Translations under genes and position numbers: made by a program
Part shown: in pieces, positions 1 to 10,099 of the stretch
Numbering within the stretch: position 1 is the stretch's first letter
How the letters are laid out: every line of letters begins with the position of its first letter
Assembly (NCBI GenBank): GCA_002269645.1
Contig: NIVC01001140.1
Location: 1-48,917 of the forward strand
Reading direction: 5' to 3'
Source: Macrostomum lignano
Lineage: Eukaryota
Length of the DNA: 48,917 bases
Notes under the pieces: model-generated
Told to the model about the DNA's origin: nothing
The model's input: only the letters and a program-made list of their open reading frames with translations
The model's database searches: none

Positions 1-420
1 GATCTGCCTTGTGCAGTGGGTCTTAGACTGCCTTCGCGTGCTTGGGGGTATTAGTCCTGCCTTGTGCTCTGGGGTATTAGATCTGCCTTGTGCTGGGGGT
101 ATTAGACCTGCCTTGTGCTTGGGGTATTAGACCTGCCTTGTGCTCTGGGGGTATTAGACCTGCCTTGTGCTCTGGGGGTATTAGACCTGCCTTGTGCTTG
201 GGGTATTAGACCTGCCTTGTGCTCTGGGGGTATTAGACCTGCCTTGTGCTCTGGGGTATTAGACCTGCCTTTGTCTGGGGGTATTAGACCTGCCTTGTGC
301 TCTGGGGGTATTAGATCTGCCTTGTGCTTTGGGGGTATTAGACCTGCCTTGTGCTCTGGGGGTATTAGACCTGCCCTGTGCTCTGGGGTATTAGACCTGC
401 CCTGTGCTCTGGGGTCATAG
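1..420. repeat. Intronic minisatellite, 24-27 bp unit (acctgccttgtgctctgggggtattag)
   Basis: Direct inspection; runs up to the DGAT1 acceptor. Confidence 0.95.
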
Positions 421-2460
421 ACGTGTTCGCCTCCCTCTTTGCAGTCTTCAGCGCGCCAACCCTGGGCATTTACTCCATCGTGTTCCTGAAGCTGTGGTCC
501 TACCGGGACATGAACTCCTGGTGCCGTCTGGAGCGCCAACTGCAGCTCAACAAGCGCTCAGAGCTCAAGCGGAACAAGAGCATCGCCTCCGTGCTCACGG
601 AGGCTGGGGCCGACGGGACGGCGGCAGCGAGCGGCTGCGGCTGGCCAGGGGGTCCTCCAGCCGGTCCTCCCTGCTGTGCTACCCGGAGAACCTGACTCTG
701 GGCAACCTGTACTACTTCATGATGACGCCGACTCTCTGCTATGAGCTCAACTTTCCCAGGCTGATGCGAATTCGGAAGCGATTCTTGGTCAAGCGATGTC
801 TGGAACTCGTGTTCCTGCCGCAGGTAAGCCGGGCAGCAGGTGTCAGCAATGCAGTGTCAGACCACATAAGTCACTCAGTCGCGCAATGTCAGATCAAATG
901 AGTCAGTGTCACTCAGTGTCAGTCAAGTCAGGCACAATTCTGCAGTCGCTTTCGTAGTGTCAGATTAAATCAGATGAGTCAGGCACAGCTATGCGCAGTC
1001 AGATCAGATGAGTCAGGCACAGCTATGCAGTCAGATCAGATGAGTCAGGCACAGCTATGCAGTCAGATCAGATGAGTCAGGCACAGCTATGCAGTCAGAT
1101 CAGATGAGTCAGGCACAGCTATGCAGTCAGATCAGATGAGTCAGGCACAGCTATGCAGTCAGATCAGATGAGTCAGTCACAGCTATGCAGTCAGATCAGA
1201 TGAGTCAGGCACAGCTATGCAGTCAGATCAGATGAGTCAGGCACAGCTATGCAGTCAGATCAGATGCCAGTCACGCAGTGTCAGCAGTCCAGCTACGCCT
1301 CGCATCCGCAGGTGATGGCGGGCCTGACGCAGCAGTGGATCATTCCGATCCTGAACAACTCCGTGAAGCCGCTGCAGGCCTCGGAATGGCCGGTGGTGCT
1401 GGAGCGGCTGCTGAAGCTGGCCATCCCCAACCACCTCATCTGGCTGATCTTCTTCTACGTGTTCTTCCACTCCGCGCTGAACGTGGCCGGGGAGCTGACG
1501 CTGTTCGGCGACCGCAACTTTACAAGGACTGGTGGAACAGCGAGAGCGTCACCGAGTTCTGGACGCTCTGGAATGTGCCCGTTCACCGCTTTGCCAAGCG
1601 GCACATCTTCACTCCGCTGATCCACCGCTGGGCTTCAACAAGCTGCTGGCCTCTGTTGTGGTCTTCGCCGTGTCCGCCTTCTTCCACGAGCTGCTGGTAT
1701 CCGTGCCGCTGCGCATGTTCCGGCTCTGGGCTTTCCTGGCCATGATTATGCAGGTGCGCGGGACAGGGCTGATCCCTGTGCTGGTCCCAATGTGCTGGTC
1801 CCACCGATCCCACCGCTGGTCCCAGTGTACTAGTCTCACTGATCCCTGTGCTGGTCCCAGTGTACTAGTCCCACCGATCCCACTGCTGGTCCCAGTGTAC
1901 AAGTCCCACTGATCCCTGTATTGGTCCAAGTGTGCTGGTCCCAGTGTGCTGGTCCCAGTGTGCTGGTCCCAGTGTGCTGGTCCCAGTGTGCTGGTCCAGT
2001 GTGCTGGTCCCAGTGTGCTGGTCCAGTGTGCTGGTCCCAGTGTGCTGGTCCCAGTGTGCTGGTCCCAGTGTGCTGTCCAGTGTGCTGGTCCCAGTGTGCT
2101 GGTCCAGTGTGCTGTCCCAGTGTGGTCCCAGTGTGCTGGTCCCAGTGTGCTGGTCCAGTGTGCTGGTCCTACTGATCTCAGTTCTGATCCCAGTGTGCTG
2201 GTCCCAGTGTACTAGTCCCACCGATCCCACTGCTGGTCACTCCTGCAGATGGGCAGCTGAGCAGGTCACTCCTGCAGATGGGCCCAGGTCACTCCGCAGG
2301 TTCGTTCGCCATGTTCGTCAGTCGGGTTCTCCGAGGCGGTCAGCTCGGCAACATGGCGGTGTGGCTCAGCCTCATCATCGGACAGCCTCTCGCCATCATC
2401 ATGTACTTTCACGACTACTACGTGAGCCTGCACCAGGGCAAGGCTGAGGGTGCTGTGTGA
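421..2460 (+). CDS. DGAT1: Diacylglycerol O-acyltransferase 1 (MBOAT family), last three exons; 5' part lies outside the window; four apparent 1-bp deletions
   Basis: Exons 421-823, 1312-1753, 2300-2460 with AG/GT boundaries. Translated pieces include [42 protein letters not shown], FYxDWWNSES ([14 protein letters not shown]), [13 protein letters not shown] (catalytic His) and [18 protein letters not shown], all recognisable DGAT1 motifs. The frame shifts by -1 near 600-630, 1520, 1625 and 2302. Confidence 0.93.
970..1265. repeat. Intronic minisatellite, 32 bp unit (agctatgcagtcagatcagatgagtcaggcac)
   Basis: Period 32 by inspection, about 9 copies. Confidence 0.95.
1785..2235. repeat. Intronic minisatellite, 14 bp unit (cccagtgtgctggt)
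   Basis: Direct inspection. Confidence 0.95.
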
Positions 2461-3164
2461 GGCACCGGCGCAGCTCATCTGGAGTCTCGTCTGCAAACTC
2501 TGGAACTTTTTATTGAAGCAGAAATTTGTCTAATAGGTACCTTGCTACTCTGCGCTGCATGCTAAGTACTTAACTATTTCAGATTAGATATGCAAGCTTT
2601 CTGTTAGTGTTTAGCAAGTTTCACTAGAATCAGTGAGCCCGCACTTATTGAGCAGCTTTATTGTCCGATCTAATTCTGATTCATTATTTGTTTGAAGCAG
2701 CCGTTTTTCTCTTTCTAATTGTGACAATTTTTCTCAACCGAGTCCCGCGGACCTTTGCTTGTGCCCTGCGCAGCCCTGTGCTGCAGTTGTTGCCCAGCGC
2801 GCCCACTGATGCAGCGGGCTCGCACTGCATTGACAATTGCACGCTGTGCTGGGACCTATTGGGACTTCTGTGTTGAGGCTGGTTGACTTTGCGGTCCGAC
2901 TGCTGCAACTGGCACTGCTATCTGTACTCAATCTAATCAAATAAACTGTCCGATCGCTGTCTTGTTATTTTTCCTCGCGATTCGAAACTCACTGGGCTGT
3001 TTTTTGCCGCTGCCTTGTAAATCATTTTGGTGCGGCAGGTGGTTTTTGGCTCGGGTTCAGCTTGCTTCCTCAGCTCTGAGTTACTTCTGTTTAAAAACCC
3101 TGGGCACCGCGTTATCCATTGACTGTGCAGTCTAAGTAGGATCTGGCACTTCTGTGCGAGCAAC

Positions 3165-3982
3165 ACCCATAGTGGGATCAGCACCTCATAGTGGGATCAG
3201 CACCTCATAGTTGGGATCAGCACCTCATAGTGGGATCAGCATCCATAGTGGGATCAGCACCCCATAGTGGATCAGCATCCCATAGTGGGATCAGCCCCCA
3301 TAGTGGGATCAGCACCCCATAGTGGGATCAGCACCCCATAGTGGGATCAGCACCTCATAGTGGGATCAGCATCCCATAGTGGGATCAGCACCACATAGTG
3401 GGATCAGCACCCCATAGTGGGATCAGCATCCCATAGTGGGATCAGCACCCATAGTGGGATCAGCATCCCATAGTGGGATCAGCACCCCATAGTGGGATCA
3501 GCACCCCATAGTGGGATCAGCATCCCATAGTGGGATCAGCACCTCATAGTTGGGATCAGCACCTCATAGTGGGATCAGCACCCCATAGTGGGATCAGCAC
3601 CCATAGTGGGATCAGCATCCCATAGTGGGATCAGCACCCCATAGTGGGATCAGCACCCCATAGTGGGATCAGCACCCCATAGTGGGATCAGCATCCCATA
3701 GTGGGATCAGCATCCCATAGTGGGATCAGCACCCCATAGTGGGATCAGCACCCCATAGTGGGATCAGCATCCCATAGTGGGATCAGCACCCCATAGTGGG
3801 ATCAGCATCCCATAGTGGGATCAGCACCTCATAGTGGGATCAGCATCCCATAGTGGGATCAGCATCCCATAGTGGGATCAGCACCCCATAGTGGGATCAG
3901 CATCCCATAGTGGGATCAGCACCTCATAGTGGGATCAGCATCCCATAGTGGGATCAGCACCCCATAGTGGGATCAGCACCCA
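3165..3982. repeat. Minisatellite, 20 bp unit (ccatagtgggatcagcaccc), upstream of the MRPL46 acceptor
   Basis: About 40 copies by inspection. Confidence 0.95.
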
Positions 3983-4014
3983 GGATCTGCATCCCAGTCC
4001 CCCGCCATCCGCAG

Positions 4015-5290
4015 GCTACATCAGCCGCTGTGGCTGCCCTGTGGCGATCGGGCTCAGCCGCCACTCCGGGCCTCACCCGGTCTGGCCGGCTGCTCAGCGT
4101 TGGCCTGCTCATCCAGCGCAAAGCTGTGCTCACGCCTGACCTCACTGAACTGGAGACTCGAGCCTCGGACCTCTTCACCCGGCTGGACTTTGAGCGCAGC
4201 CGCCTGTCCGACTTTGAGCTGCGCGACCGCGCCGAGTCGGAGGCAGCCAAGCGGAGCCTCAGCGCAGCCGCGGAGGGCAAAGTCCAGGTGGCCAGGGACG
4301 GCGCCGTAATTACCGCCAAGGACCTGATGCAGCGGTGGGCTGCTGAGCAACAGGCAGTCACTCTGGCCTCCAGGTGTGCTGTCGGTTTCACTTAATGCTT
4401 TAATTGTATTGCATAGCCACTCTCGCTACTCACAGTAGCTGTTTGCACAGCTAGGTCAGCTGCAGTCCGTCCTCACTACTCACAGTATCAAATAGCTGTT
4501 TGCACAGCTAGGTCAGCTGCAGTCCGCTCTCACTACTCACAGTAGCTGTTTGCACAGCTAGGTCAGCTGCAGTCCGCTCTCACTACTCACAGTAGCTGTT
4601 TGCTCAGCTAGGTCAGCTGCAGTCCGCTCTCACTACTCACAGTAGCTGTTTGCACAGCTAGGTCAGTTGCAGTCCGCTCTCACTACTCACAGTAGCTGTT
4701 TGCACAGCTAGGTCAGCTGCAGTCCGCTCTCACTACTCACAGTAGCTGTTTGCACAGCTAGGTCAGCTGCAGTCCGCTCTCACTACTCACAGTAGCTGTT
4801 TGCACAGCTAGGTCAGTTGCAGTCCGCTCTCACTACTCACAGTAGCTGTTTGCACAGCTAGGTCAGCTGCAGTCCGCTCTCACTACTCACAGTAGCTACT
4901 CCGCATTCTCTCCACCACAGGGAGGCCGCCGACCCCAGCCTGAAGCGGCCAGCCGTGCTGCTCAGCACGGATGCTGACCTCTGCCTCCCCTGCTGCCCAG
5001 TTGTTGACGGCGACGCCAGCCTTCGAGCCGCCTGCGACCGCCTACTGGAGCTGATGGGGCTGACCGCCAGCTGCCGGTTGCTAGGCAACGCGCCAGTCGG
5101 CCTGCACACGTACAAGTACAAGAAATCCCCAGTTTCCCTGTTCCTGCACCGGGCCATCTTCACCGGTGCCGACTGGCGCAGCGCGGAGGCCTCGGGCAGC
5201 TGGAAGTGGGTGGACGCGGACTCGCTGCCCGGCCGCGTCCCGGACAGGCGGCTGCTGAAGAAGCTGCGGCTGCTGGCTGCCGAGTTTTGA
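4015..5290 (+). CDS. MRPL46: Mitochondrial ribosomal protein mL46 (MRPL46), two exons; no genomic ATG found
   Basis: Exons 4015-4373 and 4921-5290 join in phase 2 (729 nt, open to the stop). LLIQRKAVLTPDLTELE..LDFERSRLSDFELR, AKDLMQRW and LLGNAPVGLHTYKY match the mL46 pattern as recalled. The N-terminus ATSAAVAALWRSGS looks like a mitochondrial presequence. Confidence 0.85.
4425..4897. repeat. Intronic minisatellite, 50 bp unit
   Basis: cactactcacagtagctgtttgcacagctaggtcagctgcagtccgctct, about 9 copies. Confidence 0.95.
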
Positions 5291-5556
5291 CTTTTAATTT
5301 GTAGCTTCACTGGCAGCAGCCCAGTTACTTTGTAGCCTAATGTGTTATCATTGATTGCTAGCTTTTTCTACCCATAAAATGCACCCTACACTGCATTTTC
5401 TGCGTGCAGACCTTTGCTGCTAGAACAATTTTCTGTTGTTTCGCTTTTTATTTTTTGTTCTTGTTAATTTTCTGCTTTTTGTTCTTAGAATTTAACTTCA
5501 ATAACTTTTACTCCCTACTAGCAGTAGTCTGTTCGATCGCTCCGCAGCCTCTTCCT

Positions 5557-7146
5557 ATGCCGCTGCTGCCGCTGCTGTCCTCTGGGCGGCTGGCCCGTCT
5601 GACCGCCTCTGGCCGCCGTCTTCTCAGCTCCACCAGCGGCGGCGCGCAGCCTCCCAAGACCGGCATCCTCATGCTGAACATGGGCGGGCCGGAGACACTG
5701 GACGATGTTGGCGACTTTCTGCACCGCCTGTTCAGTGACGGGGACTTGATCCCGTTGCCCGCACAGTCTCGGCTGTCTAAGTACATCGCCAGGAGGCGCA
5801 CCCCGGCCATCAGGGAGCAGTACTACCGCATTGGCGGCGGCAGCCCAATCCTCAAGTGGACTGAGGCTCAGGTGAGTCCCCGCTCAGGGGACAGTTTTAG
5901 CTTTTGTTTAGCTTCAATCTTAGTATTCGGTGAGTGGATGCAAATTTTCTAGCGATACTGGCTTGGCATTTCACATATGAGCTTCTGCATGTGTCCAAGT
6001 GCGAGACTCGGACTCACGATTGGCCAGGACCAGTGTCTGAGTTCTCTTTGCCAGCTCAAAGACACACGCGTCAAATTTCTGTTTATCCATCAGTGCGCAA
6101 CCTTTTGCACACCCTATAAGAGATTCGCTTCAAATTGTTTCCTTGCTTCTCTTCAGTAGGCGATCTCTCTTATATATCACTGTTCGGGTGCCGATATGTA
6201 TCGTAAATAACTTTCCAGCATGTCAGACTTCGTAGGAGCTGACCAGCCATGAAAGCTGACCATGGGAGAATTATCCCCAAACCCGCAGGGCCGCGCCATG
6301 ACGGCTCAGCTGGACCGGCTGAGCCCGGGATCGGCGCCGCATCGCCACTACGTTGGCTTCCGCTACGCCCGGCCGCTGCTGGAGGACGCCGTGGAGGCGA
6401 TGGAGCGGGACGGCGTGCAGCACGCGATCGCCTTCTCACAGTACCCGCAGTACTCCTGCAGCACCAGCGGCAGCTCCTTCAACGCGCTGGCCGCGTACTA
6501 CCGCAAGCGCAGCGGGGCCAGCAGCATTCAGCGCTGGTCGCTCATCGACCGCTGGCCGGCGCACGCTGGCTTCGTGGCCGCCGTGGCCGAGCGGGTTCGG
6601 CCAGAGCTGGATAGGCTGGGGCCGGAGGAACGGGCCCGCTGCGCGCTGCTGTTCTCCGCCCACTCGCTGCCCATGTCGGTGGTGAACCGGGGCGACCCGT
6701 ACCCGGCTGAGGTGGCCGTCACCGCCCATATGGTGGCGCAGGCGCTGGGCCCCGGCAGCGTGCCGTACCGGCTGGTCTGGCAGTCCAAGGTGGGTCCGCT
6801 GCCCTGGCTGGGCCCCAGCACGGAGGAGGCCATCCGCGGCCTGGTGAAGCGCGGCCGCGACCAGCTGGTTCTGGTGCCCATCGCCTTCACCAGCGACCAC
6901 ATCGAGACGCTGTACGAGCTGGACGTCGAATACGCAGGCAAACTGGCCGGCGACCTCGGCGCCCGCGTCCTCCGCTCCGAGGCTCTCAACGACAGTCCGA
7001 CCTTCGTGTCTGCGCTGGCCGACCTGGTGCTGCAGCACCTGGCCGAGGGCTGCACCGTCAGCTCGCAGTTCCAGCTGCGCTGCCCGCTGTGCACAAATCC
7101 CAGGTGCGCCGCGGCCAGGGAGTTCTTCGCCCAGCATGGCAACTGA
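5557..7146 (+). CDS. FECH: Ferrochelatase, mitochondrial, animal [2Fe-2S] type, two exons, ~390 aa
   Basis: Exons 5557-5871 and 6289-7146 join in phase 0. Motifs [64 protein letters not shown] and C-terminal CPLCTNPRC cluster ligands are present, with an Arg/Ser-rich presequence. Confidence 0.97.
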
Positions 7147-7982
7147 CTGGCTGCTGTCTTACCGGTGCTGATCCTCCTTTATTGCGTCTGTTCAGCAATT
7201 GTATGTTTTTGTCTTACCGGCTGCATTCGGTTGACGATTTTGGTTTACCTGCGACGGCCCACAATGTATAACTGGGGCTGATATTTGCACCGCTTGTTCT
7301 TATAGTTAGTTATAGGCAGGTGCATGCCTTTGGCGCTGACCTGCTTCTCCCAGATTCCTTCGCTTTGTTCTGCTTTATTCGGCATTTTCAGCTAGTAAAA
7401 ATGAATTGTATGGCTGTAACTGTGCATTAATTATTAATCATATCGAAATAAACTCGGAGTTGCTGGCGCCTCTGTGAGAGCTCTGCAACTGATCAGCTTT
7501 ACTACTTGACAGAATATCTAGTGTGGCTTCCTGGACAATCGTACCTGAGCCAATAATTAATGGAATGCGTTCTCGTTGCTGGGTTAATGTGATTTTTGCT
7601 GCGCTATTTGGCAGGTACTTTGTGAACTTATTAGAACCCAACAGGCAGACATTATGGCTTATGCGGTCACATGATGCAATTACAGCTACGAATATGCACA
7701 TGGAAGAGTCAAATGTAGCACCTCTAGCGAGCGGCGACTTCTCTTAACTCATTCACTCTACACTCGGAGGGGTCTACTATAAAGCTGTCGTAGCGTAAGT
7801 TCGATCGTACGTCGGAACTTTTACACTGCGGAAATAAGAACAATCTTATGTTACGATGGCTTTGTAGAACTGGCCCGGATATTTTAACATGGCACTGAGA
7901 GGACTCTTAAACTCCAGATAGTTATCATTGCTTCACAATGGACTTCGGTGGGCTGGATTCCGGGACTTCAGAGGGGCCGTCT

Positions 7983-8372
7983 CCCCAGTGCTTCAGTGGA
8001 CTGGCTCCCCAGTGCTTCAGTGGACTGGCTCCCCAGTGCTTCAGTGGACTGGCTCCCCAGTGCTTCAGTGGACTGGCTCCCCAGTGCTTCAGTGGACTGG
8101 CTCCCCAGTGCTTCAGTGGACTGGCTCCCCAGTGCTTCAGTGGACTGGCTCCCCAGTGCTTCAGTGGACTGGCTCCCCAGTGCTTCAGTGGACTGGCTCC
8201 CCAGTGCTTCAGTGGACTGGCTCCCCAGTGCTTCAGTGGACTGGCTCCCCAGTGCTTCAGTGGACTGGCTCCCCAGTGCTTCAGTGGACTGGCTCCCCAG
8301 TGCTTCAGTGGACTGGCTCCCCAGTGCTTCAGTGGACTGGCTCCCCAGTGCTTCAGTGGACTGGCTCCCAAG
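7983..8372. repeat. Intergenic minisatellite, 24 bp unit (ccccagtgcttcagtggactggct)
   Basis: About 16 near-perfect copies. Confidence 0.97.
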
Positions 8373-8496
8373 TGCATGTACTAAACTTATTTTTTAAAAG
8401 GCTCAAAAGATTTTCATGAAACTTGCACCGTTCGATCATAAAGGCACTAGAATGTTTCGCAAACAAACTCATTTATTAAATCTGAAGTACTTTTGG

Positions 8497-8541
8497 CAAG
8501 GATGACTAAAGTAACGCATATATATACTTAAGTAGTCCTTG
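8497..8541. mobile_element. Short dispersed hairpin element, copy 1
   Basis: caaggatgactaaagtaac-gcatatatatac-ttaagtagtccttg; same ends as 21501-21533, with imperfect terminal inverted repeats. Confidence 0.4.
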
Positions 8542-9170
8542 ACTTTTGGTTGGATTAGAAGCCGCAAAGTGAAATATTTATTATTTGATTTTGCTTTAGA
8601 TTTTAAATATTTATATTTTGCTTTAACTCGATAGATAGAAACTTCTCTTTAGTTGGTTGGAGCCCTACTATAGCTTGTATTTGTATACACGAGTATTCAG
8701 TATTAGTAGTTCTTGAGCAGAAGACAGGCCCCTGCTGAATGTAAGGTTGGTTGGCTTTACTTCTAAGGCTTTGTCCAGCGAGTCAGGCTGTGGAGAGAGG
8801 CGTTCTTTCTGTGTGTACAGTCATTTAGCGCTGGGAAGGCGGGGGACAGGGAAAAGAATGTACATTGACGCAGGGCAGAGTGTACATTTGTGCACGGGCA
8901 AGGGGGTTTCTAGAAAGAGTCGAGGCATTGGGCTTCATTTCTCTCCCCGCGGGCCAGCAGGGAGAGGCTGACAGGGCTGTGGGTAGGTAGGGCCTGGCTT
9001 GTACATTAAACCTATTATAAAAGAAGAAGGCAAGCAACGACAAGAATGAAAACGAAAAATGAAAACTGAGGCTTCCGGATTTAGCAGATAATTTGTTTTC
9101 TGTTTTACGTTTTAAATTAAAAAGCGAGTCAGAAAGCTGAATAAAACTCTGACATCATCGTCTCAAGCAA

Positions 9171-10099
9171 ATGGCCACCGATCTCAGAGACAAACTCAAA
9201 AGAAGGCATTCCCCACTGCTCGATGAGTCCGAGCCCAGCGTCAAGTCAGCCGAGCCCACAGAGAAGCACCTGACGGAGCTGCGGCAGTGGCGCTTCGCCC
9301 GCTCCTTGGTGGACGTCTTCCTGAAGGGAGACGGCAGGATGTACCACACAGCGGATAAGAACCTTTCGGAGGCGCAGAACATGCTGGACCGCTGGCTGCT
9401 GTCCTTCCAGCTGGACTACGCTGGCAGCATGGACTCGCGCTACCCGCTGTTTCCGCAAAGCCTGAGAGAGGAGGACTCGGTGAACCAGAAGCTGATCGAC
9501 GAGTGCGTGGAGAAGAAGTTCAGCTCGGACAGGGAGAACGCCAGGACCATCTTTGGTCAGTTGGAGCAGCGACTGCGCAAGTTCCTGAAGGACGATGGCA
9601 GGGACGAAGACACGAGCGACCTCCGCATAGAGCTGATTGAGGACAGCGAAGATGCAGCTCACGTGACACTGGGCGACTTCAAGTCCAAGCACTGCTGGCG
9701 GGTGAAGTTCCTGGTGCGCAACTTCGGACTGCTGCCAGCCACCAGGATGCTGATCAGGTACGAGGCGCTGGGCACCGGCAGTCTGCAGTGGGGCGACCCC
9801 ATCACAGTGCACAATGCACTGCATGACCTCATGGGAGTTCGGTACGAGGGCTTCGCGTCTCCTCTGAACTCCAAGATGATCGACAAGGCGGACTCTCGCT
9901 TCTGCAGCCTCTTCATCGACACTGACGAGGAGTTCGGCAGCATGGGCAGCTTCTTCAAGGTGGACTTCTCCAAGTGCCACGGCGGATGGACGGTCAACCC
10001 GCCATTCATCGAGGAGCTCATGGACCGGGTGGCCACCAAGGTGCTGAACTACCTGGACACTGGCGATGAGAACTGCTGGTTCTTCGTCACCTTCCCCAG
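9171..10099 (+). CDS. PCIF1-like exon 1: N-terminal part and catalytic core of module 1
   Basis: ORF 9171..10112, containing FASPLN and NPPF motifs; donor GT at 10100. Confidence 0.85.

Noticed and set aside
7925-8419. ORFs in several frames on both strands with 8-aa repeats
   Set aside because: 24-bp minisatellite with no stop codons; open on both strands, so not evidence of coding.
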